A DNA stretch of 64,000 bases from Mobula hypostoma (Eukaryota). How positions within the stretch are numbered: the first letter of the stretch is position 1; each line of letters opens with the position of its first letter. The position numbers and the translations under genes are program-made. The notes beneath the pieces are model-generated. The model searched no databases and was not told the DNA's origin. It saw only the letters and a program-made list of their open reading frames with translations. The stretch covers positions 11,968,001-12,032,000 of the forward strand of contig NC_086101.1 of the NCBI RefSeq assembly GCF_963921235.1, read 5' to 3'. This document shows positions 24,861 through 35,690 of the stretch, piece after piece.

Positions 24861-26213
24861 GATGCTGAGTACAGGGGGCCTCATCCCTCTGCATTTCAGC
24901 CTGCCTTGGAGTGAGATGGATATGGGTTTTAACATTTGGATGCATGTGGATGAGAGGGGTATGGAGGGCCGTGGTCAGGTCGATGGGACTAGGCAGATTA
25001 CGAGTCCAGTGTGGAATAGATGGGAAATGGGGACTGTTTCTGTGCAACGATGCTCTATGATGCTATGAACATTGGAGGCAGTGTTGTTGGGGAATAATAT
25101 GTTGGCATGGACTGAAAATTGTTAGAAAGCAGGTTCATTTAAAGGTTAATTTATTATCAAAGTACAAAGTACATAACTCTGAGATTATTCTTCTCCAGAT
25201 AGCCATGAAACCAAGAAAAAAATGAATGTTAACAAAAACATTGACCCCCAAATCCCCCTCCCCTGCACAAAAAAATGAGAGAGGACAGGCAAAAGCACAG
25301 AACTTAATAGAACTATAAGACTGCGGAGGAAAAGAAAAATCCACAGTTCAAATCCATATCCAAAACACAGAAAACCTCTAACGTCCTCTGGGAACAGCAG
25401 CGGGCCACGTGGGCGCCGCTGTCAGCAATCCCACTAGCGATCAGAAGGCAGGCAGCTGGCGTTCACCTTTTGTATTTGCCTCGATGTTTCAATCACCCTT
25501 GTCGCTTTAATTGGCGACAAGGAGTTGACATGGGCTTGCGCCCCATCCCACAGTCTCCTCGCCAGGAGGCTTGCACTTGCTGCCTCCCATCTCCAAACTG
25601 CAAATCACAGGCTTCAACAGTTCCAGAAACATACTCAAGACAAAAAACAGACGCAAAAGAGATAAAACAAGTGAAAGAAATAGCTTTGTGGTGTATCCAG
25701 AAGATGTCAGCCGTGGAGCATTGTGTGCAAGCTCCATTTTGACTGGGTCAGGTTGGGAGGTTGGCATTAAAGGGATTAATGTTGGACATTGAGGAAGGGT
25801 GAGTCAGGATAGGTTGCAATTTAGGAGCTTGCCACACATTTGCAAAGCTAAGCACTTCAGAAGAAATATTCAGTCACTTAATCTGTGCCTGAGGAGCAAG
25901 AAGAACTTTTGACCTTAGTGACAGGGGCAAGGTTGTGGGGGTGGGAGGAAAGATGGGGCAAGATTATGGGGTAGGAGTAGAACCCACTCACGGTTAATAA
26001 CCAGTGGGAAGTGAGAGAGTTTATACAAGAGTTGAGCAGTCATTTGCTGAACATACCCCACCCACATTATCACCTCTTGAATTAGTAGTGATTGCCAGGC
26101 ACCAGTGTAGAATTGGGTGGAAGAGGAGAGTGCGGGTTCAGGAAAGAAAGAAAAATGACAGTCCATTTCAATACTGACAAAAGTTCTGTGTGTCTCTCTC
26201 TGTCCCTCTCCAG

Positions 26214-28091
26214 CTCAGAATCGCCAGGAGCAAAATGACGAGTGACGTTATCCCAAGGGATAAGCGGAAGCTGCAGACCAGCAGGTATGCGGAGGAGTTT
26301 GTCCCGAAGAACGGGAAGATCCTGAAGAACGACAACCATTTTGAGGCAGGTGACTGGGGCACACCGATCTCCCTGAAGAAGGAGTTCACCTTTAGCGTGT
26401 GCGGAGACCCTGATAACATCCATTACGCCTTCGCTGGCGACCCAGGCGACACCCTGCTGTCTGCGCTCAATTCCTCCTGCGACTTTGAGGAGAAGGTGAG
26501 GAGTGACAGCACCATCCTCGCATACGGGGAAGGGCCTCTGAAAGGACTGGTGAACTTCAACATCCTCTGCCGCTATCTGCCGCAGCACACCCACTTCCGC
26601 TTGGTGTTCCTGCGCTCTGCTGGCCGGGAGGGTGGAGCCGGTGATCAGCCAACGCAGACGCCGCCGGCGCCTCCCGGCAACCGGTGCCACGTCCTCTTTT
26701 ACATCGAGCCCAGCGGCCGAACGGTGGGGAACACCACCCAGCGGATTGTGGTATCTGACCGCATCGCGCAGGGCCAGACCAAGCTCTGTGTGCTGGGCTT
26801 TGTGGGCGAGACTGTCCGGGAGGCACTGGCCAAAGACGGCCGCTTCGACGTACGTCTCGAGGATGACACACACAAACTGTTGGAGAAGGTGGAGCCTCTG
26901 TGCAAGATCCAGTTCAACCACCCTGTGGACGCGCTGCATGGCCGCAGCTTCCAAGTGGAGCTGAGCATCGCCAAGAAGAAGCCACACCCCCCTTCCTGCT
27001 CCTCCACTGCCGCTTCCTCCGATGACAGGAGCGCCAGGCCCAAAGGCAACAGGCCTGCCGAGACGCTGCCAACACTGATGACACCCAAGCGGGAGGCAGA
27101 TGGCAGGGCGTCGGAGAATAGCCGTTACCCCCTGCCTAGGTGGCACGTGGAGGTACGGCGTGCAGCCCTGCTGCGCTTCAAGCAGGCCATCAGCCGGAGC
27201 GCTGAGCTGGCAAACATGTCAGAGAGGCAGTGCCTGAACCGACTCTACCACGAGGCCCGGTCGCCCATCCCTGCCCGCACCATCCGCCGCGTTGGCGAGT
27301 GCCTTTCTGCTGTGGGTTGCCTGACCTGGAGATCGCTCAGCGCCCAGGGCAATGGCACCTGCTTCCTCCTGCAGGACTCCTACGTGCTGACCAGCTACCA
27401 TGCAGTGGAGATGCTGGCACAGGGCATGGAGCCAGTCCGCTGGCCCACTGCCATCCAAGACTATGCGTATGTTACCTTTAGCTTTGAGGAGGATGGGCAG
27501 GGGAGCCCCCCACTGAGGCTGACTGGCTGGCTGGAGCTCTACGATCAGGCCCTCGACTACGCCGTGCTGGAGTTGGCGACCCCGGCTGGTGTTCCAGGCC
27601 TGATGGAGTCTTCAGTCACCCCACCCCAGGCCGGCAACCTTTATATCGTCGGCCACCCAGATGGGGAAGTGAAGAAGGTCTGTCCTTGCTCAGTCATGAG
27701 CAGTGAACAGCCGGGGACTGGTGACGCCACACAATACCTGGAGAACCTGCGGTCTGTGATCCCCGGAGAAGCTGCTGAAAGTTATCTGCCGGATATGGTC
27801 TTGGTCGCAAGCCATGCTTTCAACAGGGTGAGACACCCCAACACCAGTCCCTTCCGAGCAGATTATCACCATGGTGCCTCAGGCTCTGCAATATTGAACT
27901 CAGAGGGATGTGTGGTTGGATTGCACTGCGGGGGTGAGACCCACAAGAGGAACAAAGACCCCGAGAAGTTCTACATTGAATTCGGGAGGTCCATCACACT
28001 CATCATCCAGAATATAGTTAGCAAAAGTGACACTGTCACAACCGAGAAATCAAAGCAAATCATTGCGGCATTACAAAGTTATTTAAAATAA
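26214..28091 (+). CDS. FAM111A: FAM111A-like serine protease, large terminal coding exon (ubiquitin-like regions plus trypsin-fold protease)
   Basis: Branch point 'tactgac' 26172, polypyrimidine tract and CAG ending 26213. FAM111 signatures LCVLGFVGETVREALAKDGRF, GTCFLL, LTSYHAV (His), LDYAVLEL (Asp), YIVGHPDG, GASGS (Ser), VVGLHCGG, IEFG. First in-exon ATG at 26235, stop TAA 28089-28091. A versus B orthology cannot be resolved by eye. Confidence 0.9.
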   Translation, partial: LRIARSKMTSDVIPRDKRKLQTSRYAEEFVPKNGKILKNDNHFEAGDWGTPISLKKEFTFSVCGDPDNIHYAFAGDPGDTLLSALNSSCDFEEKVRSDSTILAYGEGPLKGLVNFNILCRYLPQHTHFRLVFLRSAGREGGAGDQPTQTPPAPPGNRCHVLFYIEPSGRTVGNTTQRIVVSDRIAQGQTKLCVLGFVGETVREALAKDGRFDVRLEDDTHKLLEKVEPLCKIQFNHPVDALHGRSFQVELSIAKKKPHPPSCSSTAASSDDRSARPKGNRPAETLPTLMTPKREADGRASENSRYPLPRWHVEVRRAALLRFKQAISRSAELANMSERQCLNRLYHEARSPIPARTIRRVGECLSAVGCLTWRSLSAQGNGTCFLLQDSYVLTSYHAVEMLAQGMEPVRWPTAIQDYAYVTFSFEEDGQGSPPLRLTGWLELYDQALDYAVLELATPAGVPGLMESSVTPPQAGNLYIVGHPDGEVKKVCPCSVMSSEQPGTGDATQYLENLRSVIPGEAAESYLPDMVLVASHAFNRVRHPNTSPFRADYHHGASGSAILNSEGCVVGLHCGGETHKRNKDPEKFYIEFGRSITLIIQNIVSKSDTVTTEKSKQIIAALQSYLK

Positions 28092-29610
28092 AATGGGTGT
28101 ACTCAGAGGTGTGACTTTGTGCAGGAGGACTGTTTGCTAGATATGGAAGTTATGTGTTTGGAAAAGGTGTGATCTAAAGTTTGTTTTGAAGGTTCATTCT
28201 TCAGGTGGAAACCTATCTATTGAAGAACACAGACCCCTGTATTATACTTGAATAGTGGTTATGCCAATGCCCTTTACCTTGCATGTATTTTAAATACCCA
28301 GGCCACTGAGGAAATATATTGGGGATCTTTTTGTGTGGTGTACAAAGTACATTTATATTCATTGTCTACACAGCTCTATGTTTGGGAAATAAAGAAGATG
28401 AGAAATTAAAGAAACCTTCACGGTTCCTAAGTGCAGGCTAGAGAAGGGGATATGGTTAAAAAACGAATCTTTTGGACCACATCCTACCAGTATCTGCCAT
28501 AATTTAGATGAAATAAATTGAATTATTCTATGTAGTTATTTTTTTGTTCACTTTTTCCTCTGTATCCACTCCGTCGTGCTCCTGCCCTCCTCCCGTCTCC
28601 CTCCCACCGTCCTTTTTCCCCCTCCCTGTCCCCCTCCTAAATTCTTTTGGAGGAATGCACATTTGTGAGCCAAGTTCAGGAACATGCTGGTCTTGGGTTG
28701 AGCTCATTGTCAGCCTTTATACATTTTACATTGCTTGATAGGACAAGAATATTGGTACGGTTACTTCCCTACCCAGCTCAGCTATTGCTGTGCTCATTCT
28801 TCCCTCCTCCGAGCCCGTGAGGCAGGTGTAATAGGATCAGCTCCAGGGATCTGTCTGTGGCCTCTGGTTTAAATGTAAACAAAGTTACTGTTGGTATTTG
28901 ACCAGTCCTGGGCTAGATTTTGAGGTACTGTATGATCTCTGCATTAGTTGGTCAAAGTGTTTGCCCAATTTGAAAACTCTAAATTGACCTGTTTGCATAT
29001 AAGTTGTAAATTTTTTTTTCTTTTAAGTTCAGATGAGATCCTGTGTTAATAAGTTTGAGTAATACAAAACATGATTGTAGTGAAGTTCAAAGCTGTTTCA
29101 ATAATTCATTAAATATTTGGCATACCACAACTACTTGCCCTCATCCCAATCTCAAAGTTTTCAGGAAATTAAGAGCATCTTAAAAATATACAAGTACAAA
29201 CAACTGAATGCAAATCTAGCTAATTTAGAAATTGGATCAAGTTTGGCAGGTTTTCAAATGCTGCTGTAGTGTGCCTAAAGGTCCAGGAGTGTACATTTAT
29301 TCCTCCGTCTTGTGAAAGTTGTTACAAGGTCTTGTTTCTCTTTCAAATGCCTTCATTTATAGGGGGTGTTGTATGTTTGTGTTGCATTTGATGTACTTTA
29401 CAATGACACTAGTATGTCTTAAAAAAATAAAGTTAGCTTTATGCCATTAGTGCACTGACTACATTAATTTGTGTTTCACTTTCAAGTGTTACGATAAAGT
29501 TCTGCAAAGCTATTTAAAGGGGAGATGGTCCTCTCGTTTGTCTTTTTAGGCTTGAGAATATTCTTTCATGCACTGTTTGGCAATACTACAATGAGCAACT
29601 GTTGAATAAA
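28087..29610 (+). terminator. Candidate polyadenylation signals / 3'UTR of the FAM111-like gene
   Basis: AATAAA at 28087 (overlapping the stop), 28388, 29426 and 29605 (last one followed by T-rich sequence), in a stretch with no recognisable TEs. Confidence 0.5.
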
Positions 29611-29759
29611 GTTATTTTCACTTTTTATTAATGTGGCCTTTGCAATTTTATGTCCAATGCTCTGTTCTTTTATTCATTTCATCACCCCAAATGTTTCTGT
29701 TATCACTAAATAAGCATTTTTTTAAAATTGAAAGAAATGGCTCCACCTCAAGATCCTAA

Positions 29760-30400
29760 ATGCCAGGCTGTTGTCGCTATCCAGTATCGTCCTCAAGGAC
29801 CTTGCTACATTCAGCTGTTGCTGATGGTTGATGGGAAAACTGTTTAGAGTGGGAACCAGCTAGCAACTTCAGATCTTTCTGCACCAGCCCCCACCATGTA
29901 GCACTTATTCTAGATTTTAGCTCCAGTCAATTCACCAAACTTGTGCAAGCCATTAAGCCACAGGCCTGATGATCAACTGGTCGGTTTTATCTGTGTTTAA
30001 TTCTCGATCACTTGTTCATAGTAGAATCACCAAGTTATTTCCCAAAACTGGAATGCTGGCATGTGAGATACCAAGCACCAGAGGCCAAATTAATCACTGT
30101 AACTCCACTTGCTCAGCTTTCTCCCAAATGCCCATCACCTGTGAGTGAAAGATTTGACGGTGCTTATAAAGTTAACTGAAGGCCCAGCCCTATACTGTAC
30201 TGACTTCCACAGGAGTGCATTTTTTTGGTAGCGTTGTGGCTGGGTGGTTGGAATTGCTGAAGTAATAATTCTGAATACAAAGCTTTAATTGAATGAAGCG
30301 TGAAGTTATTCAGACAGGCTTTCTGTTCAGTAGAAACAGATTGATCAAGTCTAGCATTTGTCACTGAGCCACCACTTGCATCGAATTTATCTCATTTAAC
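29760..30400 (+). pseudogene. Possible heavily decayed duplicate of the FAM111 protease domain
   Basis: Nine short blocks collinear with 27360-27980, found by eye (see findings); stops and frameshifts throughout. Confidence 0.4.
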
Positions 30401-31699
30401 CTGTGGCTTCCCTTTTTCTAATTCGTGCTCCTGGCCATATTTGGAATTATTTCTTTTCTAATTTTCCCATATGTAAGGAACTGAACATGTCCAAGGTATG
30501 CACATGTATTCATTGTGATACAATCTTAGTAATTCAAAGAACATAAATTCTACACATTATTATAATAGAATTGTTTAATATCCTTTTTATTCCTCCAAAA
30601 TAGCTGCTTATTGATCTTTTTATTAAAAATAGTAAGATATAATGCTTTACAAATTTGTTTTGGTCTTTCCTGCCCACTTTTTCTAGACTGTTCCAATAAT
30701 TTCTCCTCTGATCGAATGAAAAATATTTACGTTATCTCTCTGCTCTCTTTTGAAAAATTTCCCCGACTTTTACTGTTCTGTTCTGGCAAAGAAGGTTCTT
30801 TTATGTAGCAAGTTAGCAAATAGTTCCATTAGATGTAACAAAACATTTCCCCCTGCAAACAGCAGCAGATAGTGTAACTGGTAAAGTACACAGTGGAACC
30901 ACAAAACAGAGGCCATAAGAGGGATTGAATAAGGAAAATAAACTGTTACTAATGTTGTGTGTTATGTAATGAGATGCATGAAATCTGGTTGCTGTTTTTG
31001 CCTAAATCCAGGAGTGCTATGACCAATGGTATAATTTTGCTGGATTGCAATTTAACAGGTGTGGTAATGAAACTAGTCTGGAACTCAAAGAATCAAGTAT
31101 TAATTTCTGAGCCAGATGGCAAAGTTTTTAAGAAAGTATTCAGATGAGAATTTAGTCAGGACAAAAGTATGTATTTTCTTTCTAAAAAGAAAAATAACTA
31201 ACACTTGGATAATGAACTGTTCATGTTACATGTTTGTATTGGGATTTATTTTAGCGTTAGCGTTGAAATTGTTTCAAAATTGTCTTTATCATTCATGTCA
31301 GTTTCAAATTTTAAAAAATCCTGGTTAACTTGGTTTTATCTTTAAAATAAAATATTGTCAGTCACTATATTTGTAGTTGTACCAATGCAAAGTTTTTAAA
31401 GCTTTGAAAAGTTTTTGTATGTATAAATTTAGAATTGGACAGTAGCTTATCCAATGAGTACTTGAGTATTGGCCCACATGGTTTTTCAAGGACAAATGTC
31501 AAGAAGCTATTCACCCTAGTTTACAAGACTCATAGTCCCAAGTTAAAAGTTGGTTGTGTACGACTGAGTGCAGGAGAAAATATTTTCCGAAATGTTCTGT
31601 CGTAGCTATACACAGACAATGAGCATATTCGAGGCTGAACTTGATTGTTTTTTTTATACATTGATGACACCAAAGCTATGAGGATTAAGTGGAAATAAT

Positions 31700-32030
31700 G
31701 GAAGTAGGATGTGTTGATGGAGATTTAAGAGAATGATTCTACAGGTGAATATATGAGGAGCATTTGATGACTCTGGGTCTGCACTTACTGGAGATTACAA
31801 AGATGCAGGGGATGTCGTTGAATATTGAAAGGCCTGGATATAGTGGAAGTGGATAAGATGTTTCAAACAGAGGGAAAGTTTAGACCTGAGGTCACAACCT
31901 CAGAATAAAAGGTACAAAGTGCTGTAAAATGTTTCAAGGTGACAAGAGAATGGAGCTAAGATGAGAGATCAGCTATGGTTGAATGGTGGTGCAGATTTAA
32001 TGGCATAATTCTGCTCCTATGTCAATGGAA
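31700..32030 (+). mobile_element. CR1 3' fragment, old
   Basis: 'atatgaggagcatttgatgactctgggtctg...gtcacaacctcagaataaaagg...ttctgctcctatgtc'. Confidence 0.65.
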
Positions 32031-32419
32031 AACAGGACCTATAATTGAATTAATGAGAGAACAGCTCCAAGGCTCTGCACGGTTAAATATTGCCCCCATT
32101 TATCACTAAAGGAAGAGGGAGGCTGTGGCCCAAAGTCCCACAAAAAGCAATGGAAAACATTGGCCTGAACTAAAGTTTAATTTCAGAACCAGGTTTATTA
32201 TCACCGGCATATGATGTGAAATCTGTTAAGTAATTGGCAGATCTTTTTATAAAGCCAAAGGCCTTAATGGATGAAGGGTTTAATATTGGGAGGCTGAACT
32301 CGAGCAATTATAATGTAGCAGGATCTAATCAGAATAGGGCAATTACAATTATATAATTTGCATCCACTGCAGTTTTCAAGCACAGAGTGTGTGAATGACT
32401 GCACTGAGGGATGGTTATT

Positions 32420-33089
32420 GCAGGGTAGAGGTCGCAAACCACGGCGCACCGCAGACACCTCCATATCTCCCACTGTACTTTGGCAGAAGCACGTGATTTG
32501 ATCACATGACCGGCTTCCCGCGGTATGCGCGGGCAAAGTCGCAATTGACAGTTGGTTGCGGGAACGACGAGGGCTTGCAATGACAGCCGGAAGCAAGAAA
32601 CCAAGACACAAAGACATGAAGTGCGGTGAAACTGTGTGGTGTCGGGGGTGTGTGTGGGGGGGGGCAACACTTTAACACCAAATAAAGAAAAGAAGATGAA
32701 TACGTTGCCTATTTGAACTGTCCAATTGCAGCGCACTTAACAATCGACCGCGTGGCCCGCCGAATCTTTTACGTCAGCCTCTGGAACTGGTGCGACGCTG
32801 TGATGGACGGATTTCGTATCCAATCAGAATGTTGTATCGGGCTGTGCGCATGGTAGCTGGAAAGAACATGAGAAGGCGGAATCAGAGTGAAACTCTCGAA
32901 AATTCTGGCCAATCGGACCGAAGTGGCGGTTAGATGGACGTGCAAGTTGACCATTCGCAAGCGTCGATCGTCCTACGGTTGCGCGGAGAAGAGCTGTTTG
33001 GGGGCGGGGGGAGAAAAAACTTTTAAAGACTAACGTTTGGCAGCCGGGTGGTTCAGAGGGAAATCTCCGATGTTTGGTTCCCGAAGACC
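32420..33089 (+). promoter_or_regulatory. CpG-island promoter of MDC1
   Basis: CpG-dense stretch directly upstream of the MDC1 ATG. CACGTG 32490, TTCCCGCG (E2F-like) 32515, CCGGAAG (ETS) 32587, TTTGAA 32712, TTACGTCA 32769, CCAAT at 32722/32820/32909, GC box GGGGCGGGG 33001. Confidence 0.75.
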
Positions 33090-33210
33090 ATGGACGCCAC
33101 ACAACAATTGATCTGGGTCCCGGAGGAGCAGGATGAAGAGCAGAGTAGCTCCGATCGTGAGCCCCGGGGCCGACTGAGGATATTTGCAGGCAGCCAGCGA
33201 GCTGAGACTG
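33090..33210 (+). CDS. MDC1: MDC1 coding exon 1 (MDATQQLIWVPEEQDEEQSSSDREPRGRLRIFAGSQRAET)
   Basis: Strong Kozak 'gaccATGg', donor 'G|gtgagt'. Resembles the vertebrate MDC1 N-terminus (human MEDTQAIDW...GRLHIFSG), including the T4 TQ site. Ends in phase 1. Confidence 0.9.
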
Positions 33211-33429
33211 GTGAGTGGAGGCGATGGAGCCACCCGGGATGGGTGTGCAATTCCTTACTGTGCACGCTGTGCCCGAGATCAGAGGGCGGCCTGGATAAAG
33301 TGGAGGATGCGTCCGTTATTAGGAGAGGGCACAGACCTCCCTTTAGAACTAATGAGGAGGGATTACTGCAGCCGGTAGGGTGGTGAATCTGTCAGCCATT
33401 CAAGGCCAAGTTATGATTATGTTTTTAAG

Positions 33430-34300
33430 ATTCAAGGCCCTGAATAATCCTTCCAGGTGAGGGGACACTTCACCTGCGAGTGTGTAGGAGTCATCTGTTG
33501 TATCCGGTGTTCCCTATTCGGCGTCCTCTTCATCACTGAGACCCGATTCCAGGGGGCCTGCTTTGTCCATCGCAAACGGCAGGATTTCCCAGGGTCCAGT
33601 CATTTCAATTCGACTGACATTCCCATTCTGGTGTGTCTGTCCATTGGTTTCCCCGCTGCCACAATGAGGCCAAAATCAGGTTGGAGGAGAAACAACTCGT
33701 ATTCCGTTTGGGTAGCCTTCACTCTGTTTGCATGAACATCGATTTAACTTCCGCTATTCGCCCCCTTCTCTTTTCAATTTCCCATTCTAGTTACCCTCTT
33801 TTCATCTACCCATTACCTCACTCTGCTGCCCCTCCTCCTGTTCTACGGTTCACTGTCCTTTCCTGTCAGATTTCTTCTTTTTCAGCCCTTATCATCACCT
33901 TCCAGCTTCTTTCTTATCCCCTCTGCCTCACCCACCTCACAGGGTTCCACTTGCCCCCTATTCCACCCACCGTTATTTGGTTCCATCTATTACTTGCCAT
34001 CCTTTGTCTCCGCTCTGCACGCCTGGGTTCTGTCTGCCTAATTTTCACCTATCACCTACCAGTGTCTGTATCAACCTGTAATTTTTCCATCTGACTCCAT
34101 CTGAATTTTATGACTTAACCCTTGTCCCATCTAGTTTCACCTGTCACTTACCAACTTCGTTTTTGTCCTCCTTCTCACTTCTACAAACTAACTACCTTCA
34201 CTTAAACCTTAGGCGAAGTCTTGACCCAAAACGCTACCTGCCTCTTTGCCTCCACAGATGCTGAATGGCCTGCAGTTCCTCCAACCGTTTATTTTGCATT
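33430..34300 (+). mobile_element. Penelope-like element, GIY-YIG endonuclease remnant plus terminal repeat
   Basis: FQVRGHFTCECVGVICCIRCS...FITET and RLEEKQLVFRLGSL, then a pyrimidine tract and the terminal block. Confidence 0.75.
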
Positions 34301-34408
34301 AGCTCATTTGTGCTCAGCCCAAATCCAGGATCTTATCTGGCAGTGTGGGATCAAGAAGGTGGAATGTCAGCAATGTCTTGAGAACAATTAGGTTTGGGCA
34401 GTAGACTC

Positions 34409-34765
34409 ATAGAGACATAGAAAATAGGTGCAGGAGTAGGCCATTCGGCCCTTCAAGCCTGCACCGCCATTCAGTATGGTCATGGCTGATCATCCAACTC
34501 AGAACCCTGTACCTGCCTTCTCTCCATACCCCCTGATCCCTTTAGCCACAAGGGCCACATCTAACTCCCTCTTAAGTATAGCCAATGAACTGGCCTCCAC
34601 TGTTTTCGGTGGCAGAGAATTCCACAGATTCACCACTCTCTTGTGTGAAGTAAGTTTTTCCTCATCTTGGTCCTAAAAGGCTTCCCCTTTATCCTCAGAC
34701 TGTGACCCCTCATTCTGGACTTCCCCAACATCGGGAACAATCTTCCTGCATCTAGCCTGTCCAAT
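34409..34765 (-). mobile_element. CR1 3' fragment, same family as 17221-19838
   Basis: Reverse complement closely matches 19490-19838. Confidence 0.9.
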
Positions 34766-34869
34766 GGTTACTCCAACCATGCCAATGATTGCTGCATCAC
34801 ATAATTTAATTAAAACAAAACTCATTATACTTTGGAAACATGGCAGCTGATTAATAATTCATTGAAAAT

Positions 34870-35690
34870 GGCCAAAGAAAGCTTTTGGTGCATTGGCCTT
34901 CATAAATCAATATATTCAGTATAGAGCAACACACATCAAAGTTGCTGGTGAACACAGCAGGCTAGGCAGCATCCCCAGGAAGAGGCGCAGCCGACGCCTC
35001 AGGCCAAGACCATTAGGCTTGGCCTGCTGCGTTCACCAGCAACTTTGATGTGTGTTGCTTGAATCTACAGCATCTGCAGAATTCCTGTTGTTTATGTTTT
35101 TATATTCAGTATAGAGGATGGGATGTTATGTTGAAGTTCTGTAAGACATGGGTGATGTCTAATTTAGAGCACTGTTATAGTTTTGGTCACCTACCTACAG
35201 GAAAGATGTAAACAAAGTTGAAAGTGCAGAGGAAAGTTACAAGTGTTTTGCCGGAGGACCTGAAGCTTAAGGAAAGATTCAATAGGTTAGGACTGTATTC
35301 TTTAGAGGGCTGAGAGGTGACTTGATAGAGGTATACAAAATTGTGAGGGGTATAGATAGGGTAAATGCAAGCAGGCTTTTTCCACAGAGGTTGGGTAGGA
35401 CTACAGCCAGAGATCATGGGTTAAGGGTAAAAGGTGAAAACTTTAAGGGGAACATAAGCAGAATCTTTTTCACTCAGAGGGTCATGAGAGTGGAATGAGT
35501 GGGCAGCACAAATGGTGCATGTCATCTCAATTTCAACGTTCAAGAGAAGTTTAGATAGGTACATAGATTGTACAGGTATGGAGGGCTATTGTCCAGCTGC
35601 AGGTAATTGAGTGTAGGCAGTGTAAATGGTTTTGCCATGGACTAGATGGGCTGAAGGCCCTGTTTCTGTGCTGTACTTCTCTATGACACT
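34870..35690 (+). mobile_element. CR1 3' fragment with nested Penelope-type hairpin insertion (34927-35100)
   Basis: CR1 ORF2 end and 3'UTR; the insert is flanked by the 16-bp direct repeat TATATTCAGTATAGAG. Confidence 0.75.

Noticed and set aside
26082..27146. 354-aa antisense ORF and other overlapping ORFs
   Set aside because: Shadow ORFs on the opposite strand of a GC-rich coding exon; no recognisable domain.
26190..28091. FAM111 as an intronless retrogene starting at 26190
   Set aside because: The ORF's first codons are the polypyrimidine tract of a splice acceptor, and a large terminal exon is normal for this family.
32264..32617. Divergent minus-strand ORF at the MDC1 promoter
   Set aside because: No recognisable homology or splice structure; typical of chance ORFs in a CpG island.
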